DNA from: an uncultured archaeon | GTDB lineage: Archaea > Iainarchaeota > Iainarchaeia > Iainarchaeales > CSSED10-239 | Assembly (NCBI GenBank): GCA_964463155.1 | Contig: CAYXAY010000002.1 | Span: forward strand, 8,004-40,003 | DNA length: 32,000 nucleotides | Direction of reading: 5' to 3' | Shown here: piece by piece, positions 24,953 to 32,000 of the stretch | Layout of the letters: each line of letters opens with the position of its first letter | How positions within the stretch are numbered: the stretch's first letter is position 1 | Notes under the pieces: model-generated | Databases searched by the model: none | The model's input: the letters and a program-made list of their open reading frames with translations, nothing else | What the model was told of the DNA's origin: nothing | Program-made: the position numbers and the translations under genes

Positions 24953-26482
24953 TTACTGATTAACTTCTTCAAGTATTACTTTTTCTATTTTTATGGTGTC
25001 GCTTAGCTGTTTGTTTGCTTGTTCTTTAGCAATCTTTAGCTTTTCTTCACTGCAACTGTAGATTTCAAAGATTATTTCGTTTTCCTTTATTTTTTCTCCA
25101 ACTTCTTTGCAAAGTATTATTCCTGCACATTGATCGTGTGGAGCACCAGAGGTTCTTGCAATCTTTGTCAGATTTGAAACATTCATACCAACAATCTTTC
25201 CAGATTCTTCTGCTTTTATTTCTTCTTTAAAGTCTGCAAGCGGTATTTCTTCTGAAGAAAAGATGTGACCATTTTGTGCTTTTATTATTTCTTTAAACTT
25301 GATTAATGCTTTTCTAGACTTTAAGGTTTCTTTTGCAAGCTCATAGCCTTTACCAACTTCTGCTTTTTCAACAAGCTCAAGAAGACAACCCGCAATCTCA
25401 CAAGCCTTCTCTGCTAAATTATCAAAATATTTATTTTCTAAAACTTCAAAAGCACCTCTTGCTTCAAGAGCTGCTCCAAAGTATTTACCACAAGGTATTT
25501 CTCCGTTTGTTAATACTACTTTTGTTTTTATTCCTATATCTTTACTTATCTTTAAAAACTTGTCAGCCCATCTTTTCCCGTCTTCTTTATTTTTCACTTT
25601 TACTGTTGGACCTACAGGTATATCAATTATCAAATGAGTTGCTGAGACACTTTTCTTTTTTGAAAGAACAGAAGCAATAACTAGTCCTTCTGGATCTAAT
25701 CCTAGACTGTGTCTAATCTTAATCATCTTATCATCTGCTGGACAAAGATCAACTTTCCCATTCCAAGCAATCATTCCTCCTACAGTTGAGACCATTTTTT
25801 TTATATCTTTAATATCAAAAGAAACATCTGCTAAAACCTCCATACAGTCTGCTGTTCCTGCTGCTGAACTTATTGACCTAGAAGCAGTCTTAGGCATGAC
25901 ATAGCCAAGAGAAGCAATAATCGGGGTTACAATCATTGATACTCTTCCGTTTATTCCACCAATTGAATGTTTATCAAGAACATAAGGCGTATCAAAGTCT
26001 ATGACGTTGCCTGTTTCAGTCATTGCTCTACAAACATAGGTTGTTTCATCAAGATTTATTCCATTAATTGTAACACCTGCCAGAAATACTGAAATTTCTA
26101 TATCTGATAGTTTGTTATCAACAATATCTGTAATTATTTCTTTAATTTCTTGTTCAGTTAAAGAACAATTTTTAATTTTCTTAATTATGTGTTGAATTGA
26201 TTGTGGAAAAGGCAATAATGATACTTCAACAATGTCTCCAGTCTTGAGTTTTATTGCGCCAGTTGGGTCGTTGTATATCCCTATGGTATCGCAATCAACA
26301 ACTGAATCTGTTATGTCTGCAATAAATACATCAGATTTGTTTTTTAGTTTCACTTCTATTCTGCTTTGTGACATTGCAAGAAGATCATTTGCTGTTTTTT
26401 TGTTTAAAAGAGCAACAGGTTTATCCGCGTCTATGTCTAGAATCTTAACAGTTAGTTTTTTTATATATGCCATTTTTTTCAC
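24953..26482 (-). CDS. deoA: AMP phosphorylase (archaeal thymidine-phosphorylase-family enzyme with an N-terminal extension)
   Basis: DKHSIGGINGRVSMIVTPIIASLG and SRSISSAAGTADCMEVL match the pyrimidine-nucleoside phosphorylase core. The ~85-aa N-terminal domain and ~505-aa length are characteristic of archaeal AMPpase. Confidence 0.75.
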   Translation of the reverse strand: MKKMAYIKKLTVKILDIDADKPVALLNKKTANDLLAMSQSRIEVKLKNKSDVFIADITDSVVDCDTIGIYNDPTGAIKLKTGDIVEVSLLPFPQSIQHIIKKIKNCSLTEQEIKEIITDIVDNKLSDIEISVFLAGVTINGINLDETTYVCRAMTETGNVIDFDTPYVLDKHSIGGINGRVSMIVTPIIASLGYVMPKTASRSISSAAGTADCMEVLADVSFDIKDIKKMVSTVGGMIAWNGKVDLCPADDKMIKIRHSLGLDPEGLVIASVLSKKKSVSATHLIIDIPVGPTVKVKNKEDGKRWADKFLKISKDIGIKTKVVLTNGEIPCGKYFGAALEARGAFEVLENKYFDNLAEKACEIAGCLLELVEKAEVGKGYELAKETLKSRKALIKFKEIIKAQNGHIFSSEEIPLADFKEEIKAEESGKIVGMNVSNLTKIARTSGAPHDQCAGIILCKEVGEKIKENEIIFEIYSCSEEKLKIAKEQANKQLSDTIKIEKVILEEVNQ

Positions 26483-26487
26483 AATTT

Positions 26488-26796
26488 CTATTTAACTGAA
26501 TCAACAAATGCTTTAAGCATTGGTTTTGGAAGAGCTCCTGTTTTTTGAGTAACAAGCTTTCCGTCTTTAAAGACAAGAATTGATGGTATAGACATCACTC
26601 CAAACTTCTCAGAAGTTATTGGAGCGTGATCCACATTTATTTTTGCACAGGCAACATCATTGCTTTCATTTGAATATTCTTCAAAGGTTCTTGCAAACAT
26701 CCTACAGGGTCCGCACCATTCTGCCCAAAAATCCACAACAATAATTTTGTGTTTTTTAATCTCTTCTTCAAAGTTCTTATCTGTTAGTTGTAACAT
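26488..26796 (-). CDS. trxA: Thioredoxin
   Basis: The active site is WAEWCGPC, followed by MSIPSILVFKDG. The ATG at 26796 (MLQLTDKNF...) is preceded by GGGGAG and removes the track ORF's overlap with uppP. Confidence 0.88.
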   Translation of the reverse strand: MLQLTDKNFEEEIKKHKIIVVDFWAEWCGPCRMFARTFEEYSNESNDVACAKINVDHAPITSEKFGVMSIPSILVFKDGKLVTQKTGALPKPMLKAFVDSVK

Positions 26797-26809
26797 TTTT
26801 CTTCTCCCC

Positions 26810-27628
26810 TTATAATAAACCAATTAATATGTAGGCAATACCTAAGATAAAACAAAAATATGAAAAATCCAATTTTTTTGCAATTTTCATCAAGATATCA
26901 ATTGTTAGATAACCAAAGGCAAAGGCAAAGGCAACTGATACCAAGATTAATGGATTAAATGTAAAGCCGTTTAAAATTATTAAACCAATCGCAGCAATCA
27001 AGATTGCAGGAATTGAAATCAAGAAACTGTATTTGAGTGCATTTTGTGGGTTGTGGCCTTGAAACAACAAAACGCTTGTTGTTATTCCTGACCTGCTTAT
27101 TCCGGGAATTACTGAAAAACCTTGGGCAACTCCAGCTATAAACGCATCGTTTCTTTTAAATTCAGGCATAATTTCTTTTGCCTTATTAATTTTTATTTGA
27201 AGTAGTCCTGTGACTATCAAAAGAGCACCAATTGCTATTGTTAATGCGTTTATCTTATAAGCAGTAACACTATGCCTTACTAGAAAATAAACAGGAACTC
27301 CAATCAACAATGTGAAAAACAAAGAAACAAAAATAAATCTTGAAATATTTGTTGAATAGTCAAACTTTCGGTTTTTATTAAATTTTAAAACATCTGAATA
27401 TTTTGTTTTTACCAGCAGTTCCTTTATGTCTTGCCAGAAATAAATTATTGCTGCTATGGCGGTTCCTAGATGTAAGAAAATAGACATATCTATTGCAGTT
27501 TGTGCAGACACCTTGAATGTGTTAGTCAGCACAACAACAGCTATCCCTTGAGAGCTTATTGGAAGCCACTCAAAGATTCCTTGTATTACCCCTAAAATTA
27601 TATATGCGATTAAATCCATAATTTCCAC
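26810..27628 (-). CDS. uppP: Undecaprenyl/polyprenyl-diphosphatase (UppP/BacA family)
   Basis: GVIQGIFEWLPISSQG and PGISRSGITT are the two BacA signature motifs. The protein has about 8 TM segments. Confidence 0.85.
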   Translation of the reverse strand: MEIMDLIAYIILGVIQGIFEWLPISSQGIAVVVLTNTFKVSAQTAIDMSIFLHLGTAIAAIIYFWQDIKELLVKTKYSDVLKFNKNRKFDYSTNISRFIFVSLFFTLLIGVPVYFLVRHSVTAYKINALTIAIGALLIVTGLLQIKINKAKEIMPEFKRNDAFIAGVAQGFSVIPGISRSGITTSVLLFQGHNPQNALKYSFLISIPAILIAAIGLIILNGFTFNPLILVSVAFAFAFGYLTIDILMKIAKKLDFSYFCFILGIAYILIGLL

Positions 27629-27714
27629 AACGATTCTGTAAATCTATATTATCCAAAACAAATATAAAGTAATAAACATATATAATATTTATAAAAGGTT
27701 TAAAAAAAGATATT

Positions 27715-28158
27715 ATGAATAAGATAAATCACATATTGTTTGCAAGCGTTTTGTTTATTGTGTTTTATATATTTTTTGCAGACATACTTAGAATCAGCGG
27801 TCCAAACACTTTTGTGGCCTATGTGATTTGTGCATTGTATTCATTGATACCTGACCTTGACCTTAATAGTTCCTGGATAAAGGGACAGTTTAATCAGATT
27901 GTGATTTATGCCATAGTTATTCTTGGGATAATTTATATTTTTGTTTCACAAAGCTTTACATTGCTAATGATTATTGCAGTGCTTGTGTTGATTGGATTGT
28001 TTTTGCTACTTGTCAAGCACAGAGACATCTTGCATACTCCGCTTGTTGGAATAATGTTTGCAGTGCCTTTACTTTTTATTAGTTATCCTAACTTTACTTA
28101 TTTTATTTCTGGTTGCATTGGGATATCGTCCCATTGGTTGCTTGATAAAATTAGTTAA
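27715..28158 (+). CDS. Membrane-bound metal-dependent hydrolase-like protein (DUF457/YdjM-like)
   Basis: An N-terminal His (NHILFA), IPDLD, KHRDILHTP and SSHWLLD are spaced as in DUF457. The protein has 4-5 TM segments. Confidence 0.5.
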   Translation: MNKINHILFASVLFIVFYIFFADILRISGPNTFVAYVICALYSLIPDLDLNSSWIKGQFNQIVIYAIVILGIIYIFVSQSFTLLMIIAVLVLIGLFLLLVKHRDILHTPLVGIMFAVPLLFISYPNFTYFISGCIGISSHWLLDKIS

Positions 28159-28160
28159 GG

Positions 28161-29075
28161 TTACTCCTTATAGAATAACGCAATCAATAATAGAAAAATC
28201 AATATTGCAAAAAGAACAGATGTTAGGTTTGTAAGTTTTGGAAGTATTAAAAAACCAGTTGCTGTTTTTTTAGGTTCTGTTGTTACGGTGGCATTTTCTT
28301 GCTTTAGAGTTTTTGAATTCTCTGTTTCTGTGTATCTTACGGTTATTTGGGGTATGGTTTGCTTGTCATCAGCACTAAAGATATAACAATCTATGAAATA
28401 GTCTCCGCTCTTAAGGGTGTTGTTCTGATCTATTGAAATGTTTAGATCTGTTTGTTTTGAGTCTATGTAAATGTCTTTAACTATTACTTTTTCATTGTTT
28501 GAAGAACAGCTAATGTCTTTTAGATAGCCTTCTTCTGTTGTTACAAATATGGAAATTATATCTGAATCCTTTGGACCGTTAATAACAGAAACAGTTCTGG
28601 AGAGATTATGGCCGATATATCTTGGGGCAGTGTGTTTTTTTGTGTATTCATAGTATTGGTTTGAATTGTTTGGTATTATCTTTAGGTATTTTTTATCTGT
28701 GTTAAGTAGATTATTGTATTTGTCAAAAACTTGAACTCTTAGGATTATTGTTTTTGTTTCTGTTAGCTTTTCTGTTGTAATATAGATTACTTCTCTTGAA
28801 GAAATGTCATTAATGAAATTTATTTCTCTTGATGAAAGTTGTATGTTTATTGATTTTGAATCAGGAGAAATATCGTAACTATAGACTATTTTGCCTTCTT
28901 GGTTACTACCTATTGTGTAATTGCTTGTAAAGCTTATTTCTCTTGTTGAATAATTAGAAACATAATATTGGTTTGTTCCTTTGTCAGGATTTTGTGTCGT
29001 TGTTTTTGCAAAGATTTGTGGTGTTAATACTATACAAAACAGCAAAGCGATACTAAAAAGAATTTTCTTGTTCAT
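28161..29075 (-). CDS. Secreted surface protein with a C-terminal TM anchor, function unknown
   Basis: The preferred start is the ATG at 29075 (MNKKILFSIALLFCIVLTPQIFA/KTT). The track's longer start at 29168 would run into the tRNA. The body is Asn/Ser/Thr-rich with a thrice-repeated S-(S/T)-R-E-(I/V) motif. The C-terminal TM segment is VLFAILIFLLLIALF. Confidence 0.6.
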   Translation of the reverse strand: MNKKILFSIALLFCIVLTPQIFAKTTTQNPDKGTNQYYVSNYSTREISFTSNYTIGSNQEGKIVYSYDISPDSKSINIQLSSREINFINDISSREVIYITTEKLTETKTIILRVQVFDKYNNLLNTDKKYLKIIPNNSNQYYEYTKKHTAPRYIGHNLSRTVSVINGPKDSDIISIFVTTEEGYLKDISCSSNNEKVIVKDIYIDSKQTDLNISIDQNNTLKSGDYFIDCYIFSADDKQTIPQITVRYTETENSKTLKQENATVTTEPKKTATGFLILPKLTNLTSVLFAILIFLLLIALFYKE

Positions 29076-29163
29076 TAAATAATTGTTGAGAGTTAATTTA
29101 TTTAAATATATTGTTTTGGCTTTTTTTTCCCTATTACAGATTTTTCTTGGAAACGAAAGGCAC

Positions 29164-29249
29164 CGCAAGGGATGGGATTTGAACCCATGTGCGGAAATTG
29201 CATCTAGTTTTCGAGACTAGCACCTTAAACCATACTCAGTCACCCTTGC
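29164..29249 (-). tRNA. tRNA-Ser(CGA): tRNA-Ser (anticodon CGA), class II with a long variable arm; no encoded CCA and no intron
   Basis: The reverse complement is GCAAGGGTGACTGAGTATGGTTTAAGGTGCTAGTCTCGAAAACTAGATGCAATTTCCGCACATGGGTTCAAATCCCATCCCTTGCG. The acceptor stem is GCAAGGG/CCCTTGC. The anticodon stem is CTAGT/ACTAG with loop CTCGAAA. The T arm is ATGGG-TTCAAAT-CCCAT. The discriminator is G. Confidence 0.9.
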
Positions 29250-29575
29250 TTATTTAAAAAGTCGTTAATGATTTTTAATAGACCAGTTAAAATTTCCTTT
29301 GCAACCTTTTCCTGAGTAGTGTCTCTAATGATTATTTTAAGTGAAGCAAAAATTGTAATTGTTCCTTTCTTTGTTTTTAGAACAATCAAAAATGGAGAGT
29401 TGTCTTTCTCTATGTAGTAGTTTTTAGTTCTTAGTTTCATCAATAGCTTTTCAAGATCAATCTTTGTTGATTTTTTTGGAAAAAATTCAAAGCCAGGTGT
29501 TGCCTTACAACTATCTAGAATAAAAGAATTTACTGACAATTCCTTTTCTTCTTTTTTCTTAAGCAAGTCTAACAT
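29240..29575 (-). CDS. Small protein of unknown function, downstream partner of the HerA-like ATPase
   Basis: 111 aa, starting 12 nt after the ATPase stop. SPFLIVLKTKKGTITIFASLKIIIRDTTQEKVAKEIL resembles a TBP-half-like beta-beta-alpha unit (compare LLLFKNGKLICAGAKSEEDI in the tbp of this window). Its last 10 nt overlap the tRNA-Ser 5' end. Confidence 0.5.
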   Translation of the reverse strand: MLDLLKKKEEKELSVNSFILDSCKATPGFEFFPKKSTKIDLEKLLMKLRTKNYYIEKDNSPFLIVLKTKKGTITIFASLKIIIRDTTQEKVAKEILTGLLKIINDFLNKQG

Positions 29576-29587
29576 ACATTGTCACTT

Positions 29588-31981
29588 TTATGCATCAACA
29601 ATTTGACCAAGTACTGCATCAACCAATACAACCCTTTCATTTGCTCTTTTGTCTTTTGAGATTATTTCCCAGATTGGCCAAAATATTTCGCCGATGTCAT
29701 CTATTTCAATATCTTGCCAGAACTTCTCTAGTCTTTCTACAATTTGTTTTTTTGATATTTCGTCTGGGTTGTTTTCCTCTATTGCAATCAATTGTTTCTT
29801 TAATGGCAAATCAATCATAGAAGAAAGTATTGAAAGTTTTGGTGAGAACGGTACATCTATTTTTCTTTTGATTCTAAAAGATTCTTGTTTGTTGATTATG
29901 TCAACATCTACTAATCTTCTATCAACTAAAGACACTAAATCGTTTTTTATTTCCTTTACACTTACTTTAAGTTCCTCTGACAATTGTTCTGGTGTTCTCC
30001 AAGCAAACATCTTGTCAAGAAGAATGATGTCGTCTTCTGTTAATTCATCAACCAAATCAAAACCTGTTGATTCTTTAAAGATTTTGCCATCATAATGTAG
30101 GAATTCTCCTGTTATACTATCGATATAACATGTGTGGGTCAGATAGTTTTCTTCTTCATCAAATATCTTGTAAATAATCTTGTAGATTTTTCTGTGGATT
30201 ATATGTATTTGATTAATTATTTCTTCTTCTTTTAGAAACAAAAACCTTTTTTTATTGGTTCTGCTTGCAATGTTGATTGCTATGTCTCTTGATATTCTTT
30301 CAGGAAGAACTGGTTTGTAGTCCGGTTCTAGTTTTGGTGCTTCTGGAAATTGCTCTTTTGAGGATTCTTCGATTGCTTGGTTGATTGTTTGGATTTCTTC
30401 TTTTGGGATTTCTGTTTTTTCTTTTTTTGTTTTTTCTGCAAAACGTAAAATATTGTCTTTTTCTATTATTCCCATTTTGTTTAAAGAAACTAAGATCTCA
30501 TCAAAAGTTATATCGCTATTGTATTTTGAATTGACAATATCAAGAATGTCTTTCGCATCGCTTGTTTTTAAGGTTTTTGAGACAAGTAATTTTTTATAAA
30601 CCATGTCTGAGCAGAAATTTATTATTTCTTTTTTTGAAAGCTTTGGGACTTCTCTTATTGTTTCTGCATCTCTGCCTTCGTGTTGACTAAGCCTTGGTTT
30701 AATCTTTAGAATAAATGCTCTTTTGGTTTCTTCTCCCCTGTCGCCAGTTAAAGCAACACCGACTGGAAGGGTTTTAATAAAGTTTGGATCCTTGTATTGC
30801 TCAGGGATGATTGCTGGCATTCTTTTTACAACAGCATGGATATCATCATTAAAGACTAACTTGTGGCTTAAGAAGATATCAACTTGTGATAGTACTTTAG
30901 AATTAATTGCAGAAGGTTGTTGAGTTGCAAGAACCATTGAACATCCAGGTCTTCTTCCTTGCTTAACATATTCTGTGATTGCATTTGTTGCGGGAGTGAT
31001 TGTGTTTCCGGAAGGAATAAGAGTGTGCGCTTCGTCAATATATACCCATGTTGGGGGTATTGAAATCTCTAGCAAATCATCTGGGCTTTGAGAGTTGTCA
31101 TCAAACTTTTTAATCGCATCTTGTCTAGTCACTAGCTTTCTTGCAGAAAGTATTCTTCGCGACAAGATTCCAATAACAAGAGCAGTAATGTTATCATCTA
31201 AGAAACTTGTATCAAGGATTGTTAGTTGCCTTTCTTTTGAAAGCTTTGATAATGGTGTTCCATGATCACTAAATATCCCCCAAGATTTTGCAGCTTCAAA
31301 TCTAGAAACTAATGCTCTTATTGAGTCTTGTTTGTAACCTGATGATGATGATTTAAACTCATAAGAATTTTGAAGACAATAAACAATGTCATCAAGATTA
31401 AAGAGATTACCTTTACCTGGAATCTTTTCTTCTTTTGCTTCATAGTCGCTTGGGTCTTCTGCCTTATAGCCGTTTTTTACAAAGGAAAGAGTTTTTTCAA
31501 GAAGAAGCCCTGTTGGACTAAATCTATCAATTCCAAAAGTTAGACACCAGTCGTCTGCTATTAACATTGAAGGATACATAGAAAATGTTTCGTCATAGGT
31601 TTCTTTTGAAACTTTACCAACAACCCCTTCAGGAACAAAGACTTTAATGTTATCAAGGCCTTTTGGTGTTAGCCCCCATTTTACTAATTCCTCAAGTTCT
31701 TTTTTTTCTTGGTTTGGGTATTTCATTGACCAGAAAACACCAACCGGGTCAACTACAATCTGACCAATAAATGGGTTGTTTGTTGCTAGTTCCTCAGCAA
31801 TAACACCAAGACCATAGCTTTTACCTGAACCTCTGGAACCATCTATAAAAACAACATGTGGGTTAAGGCCGTCAAGATGTACCTTCTTATCGCAAAGATC
31901 ATCTTCAAAGACTTTACCTAAGAAAGCACAAGATTTTGAGCCGTGTTCTTTTAGGACGCTTTTCTTTCTTCCAATGTACAC
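29588..31981 (-). CDS. HerA/FtsK-superfamily (DUF87/COG0433-like) P-loop ATPase with a ~350-aa C-terminal extension
   Basis: Walker A is FIDGSRGSGKSYGLG and Walker B is WVYIDEAHTLIP. ATQQPSAINSKVLSQVDIFLSHKL is the typical HerA/DUF87 'ATQRPS...VLSQ' block. Walker A lies about 50 aa from the N-terminus, so there is no room for a HAS barrel. The C-terminal part contains winged-helix-like segments. Confidence 0.75.
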   Translation of the reverse strand: MYIGRKKSVLKEHGSKSCAFLGKVFEDDLCDKKVHLDGLNPHVVFIDGSRGSGKSYGLGVIAEELATNNPFIGQIVVDPVGVFWSMKYPNQEKKELEELVKWGLTPKGLDNIKVFVPEGVVGKVSKETYDETFSMYPSMLIADDWCLTFGIDRFSPTGLLLEKTLSFVKNGYKAEDPSDYEAKEEKIPGKGNLFNLDDIVYCLQNSYEFKSSSSGYKQDSIRALVSRFEAAKSWGIFSDHGTPLSKLSKERQLTILDTSFLDDNITALVIGILSRRILSARKLVTRQDAIKKFDDNSQSPDDLLEISIPPTWVYIDEAHTLIPSGNTITPATNAITEYVKQGRRPGCSMVLATQQPSAINSKVLSQVDIFLSHKLVFNDDIHAVVKRMPAIIPEQYKDPNFIKTLPVGVALTGDRGEETKRAFILKIKPRLSQHEGRDAETIREVPKLSKKEIINFCSDMVYKKLLVSKTLKTSDAKDILDIVNSKYNSDITFDEILVSLNKMGIIEKDNILRFAEKTKKEKTEIPKEEIQTINQAIEESSKEQFPEAPKLEPDYKPVLPERISRDIAINIASRTNKKRFLFLKEEEIINQIHIIHRKIYKIIYKIFDEEENYLTHTCYIDSITGEFLHYDGKIFKESTGFDLVDELTEDDIILLDKMFAWRTPEQLSEELKVSVKEIKNDLVSLVDRRLVDVDIINKQESFRIKRKIDVPFSPKLSILSSMIDLPLKKQLIAIEENNPDEISKKQIVERLEKFWQDIEIDDIGEIFWPIWEIISKDKRANERVVLVDAVLGQIVDA

Positions 31982-32000
31982 TATAGAATCATCATCTGGG

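Noticed and set aside
28161-28260. A PGF-CTERM/archaeosortase sorting signal at the C-terminus of the surface protein (…TATGFLILPKLTNLTSVLFAILIFLLLIALFYKE).
   Set aside because: The tripeptide is TGF, not PGF. The spacing to the TM helix and the tail (YKE rather than an Arg-rich tail) do not fit the described signal. No archaeosortase gene is in the window.
29076-29168. An N-terminal extension of the surface-protein ORF (MRCLSFPRKICNREKKAKTIYLNKLTLNNYL...) given in the track.
   Set aside because: The extension would overlap the 3' end of tRNA-Ser (29164-29168). It precedes a perfect signal peptide that starts at the internal Met (ATG 29075), so the shorter start is far more plausible.
1078-30923. 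About 30 remaining short ORFs (60-148 aa) antisense to or overlapping assigned genes. Examples are 1078-1356, 3413-3655, 5023-5379, 6308-6556, 6815-7135, 7068-7289, 8628-8903, 10911-11135, 17229-17552, 18992-19273, 20691-20936, 21853-22167, 22658-22954, 25333-25680, 26232-26495, 29649-30095 and 30381-30599.
   Set aside because: Each lies inside a longer gene with family-level motif support or a coherent membrane or secreted architecture. Their translations are Leu/Phe/Ser/Ile-rich, as expected from reverse-reading AT-rich coding DNA, and none has a recognisable motif.
1-32000. A whole-window scan for CRISPR arrays, tandem repeats, IS elements, integrases, inteins and tRNA introns.
   Set aside because: I saw no regularly spaced direct repeats, no transposase or integrase-like ORF, no intein-sized insertion in polB or other hosts, and an uninterrupted tRNA anticodon loop. 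This was a scan by eye, so short or degenerate repeats could have been missed.

Overview
This window looks like a very AT-rich (about 30% G+C by eye, not computed), extremely compact archaeal chromosome segment. It probably comes from a small-genome, DPANN-like archaeon. That is an inference from archaea-type informational genes (TBP, Spt5, SecE/Sec61-gamma, L21e, Rpo4/RpoF, family-B DNA polymerase, Nre, AglB/STT3), ATGA stop/start overlaps, and convergent genes only 0-2 nt apart. I support about 38 protein genes, one stand-alone 5S rRNA, one tRNA-Ser(CGA) and one decayed GNAT acetyltransferase pseudogene. I saw no CRISPR array, transposase or integrase.

Layout:
- 1-4862: type IV pilus/secretion-like operon ending in a PilB/FlaI-family ATPase.
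- 4865-8549 (-): operon mixing methionine aminopeptidase with three surface or membrane proteins.
- 8612-10838 (-): ftsZ-secE-spt5-rpl11.
- 10975-11880: eIF-2B-like protein, probable ribose-1,5-bisphosphate isomerase.
- 11891-12691: decayed region.
- 12692-17006: polB, a membrane protein and Nre.
- 17009-20389 (-): N-glycosylation operon (aglB, GT4 phosphotransferase, FMN-binding-like protein).
- 20523-21220 (-): 5S rRNA and tbp.
- 21453-23450: rpl21e-rpoF-DUF655-ksgA.
- 23451-24841 (-): HNH endonuclease plus beta-class DNA methyltransferase (R-M module).
- 24953-27628 (-): AMP phosphorylase, thioredoxin, UppP.
- 27715-29249: DUF457-like gene, surface protein, tRNA-Ser.
- 29240-31981 (-): HerA/DUF87-like ATPase with a long C-terminal extension plus a small downstream protein.

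Best candidates for something undescribed are the HerA-like ATPase pair, the atypical pilus-like operon with a 37-aa pilin-like mini-ORF, the non-canonical motif A and B residues of the PolB, and the MetAP/surface-protein operon.

All family calls rest on motifs I recognise by eye. No database search was possible.
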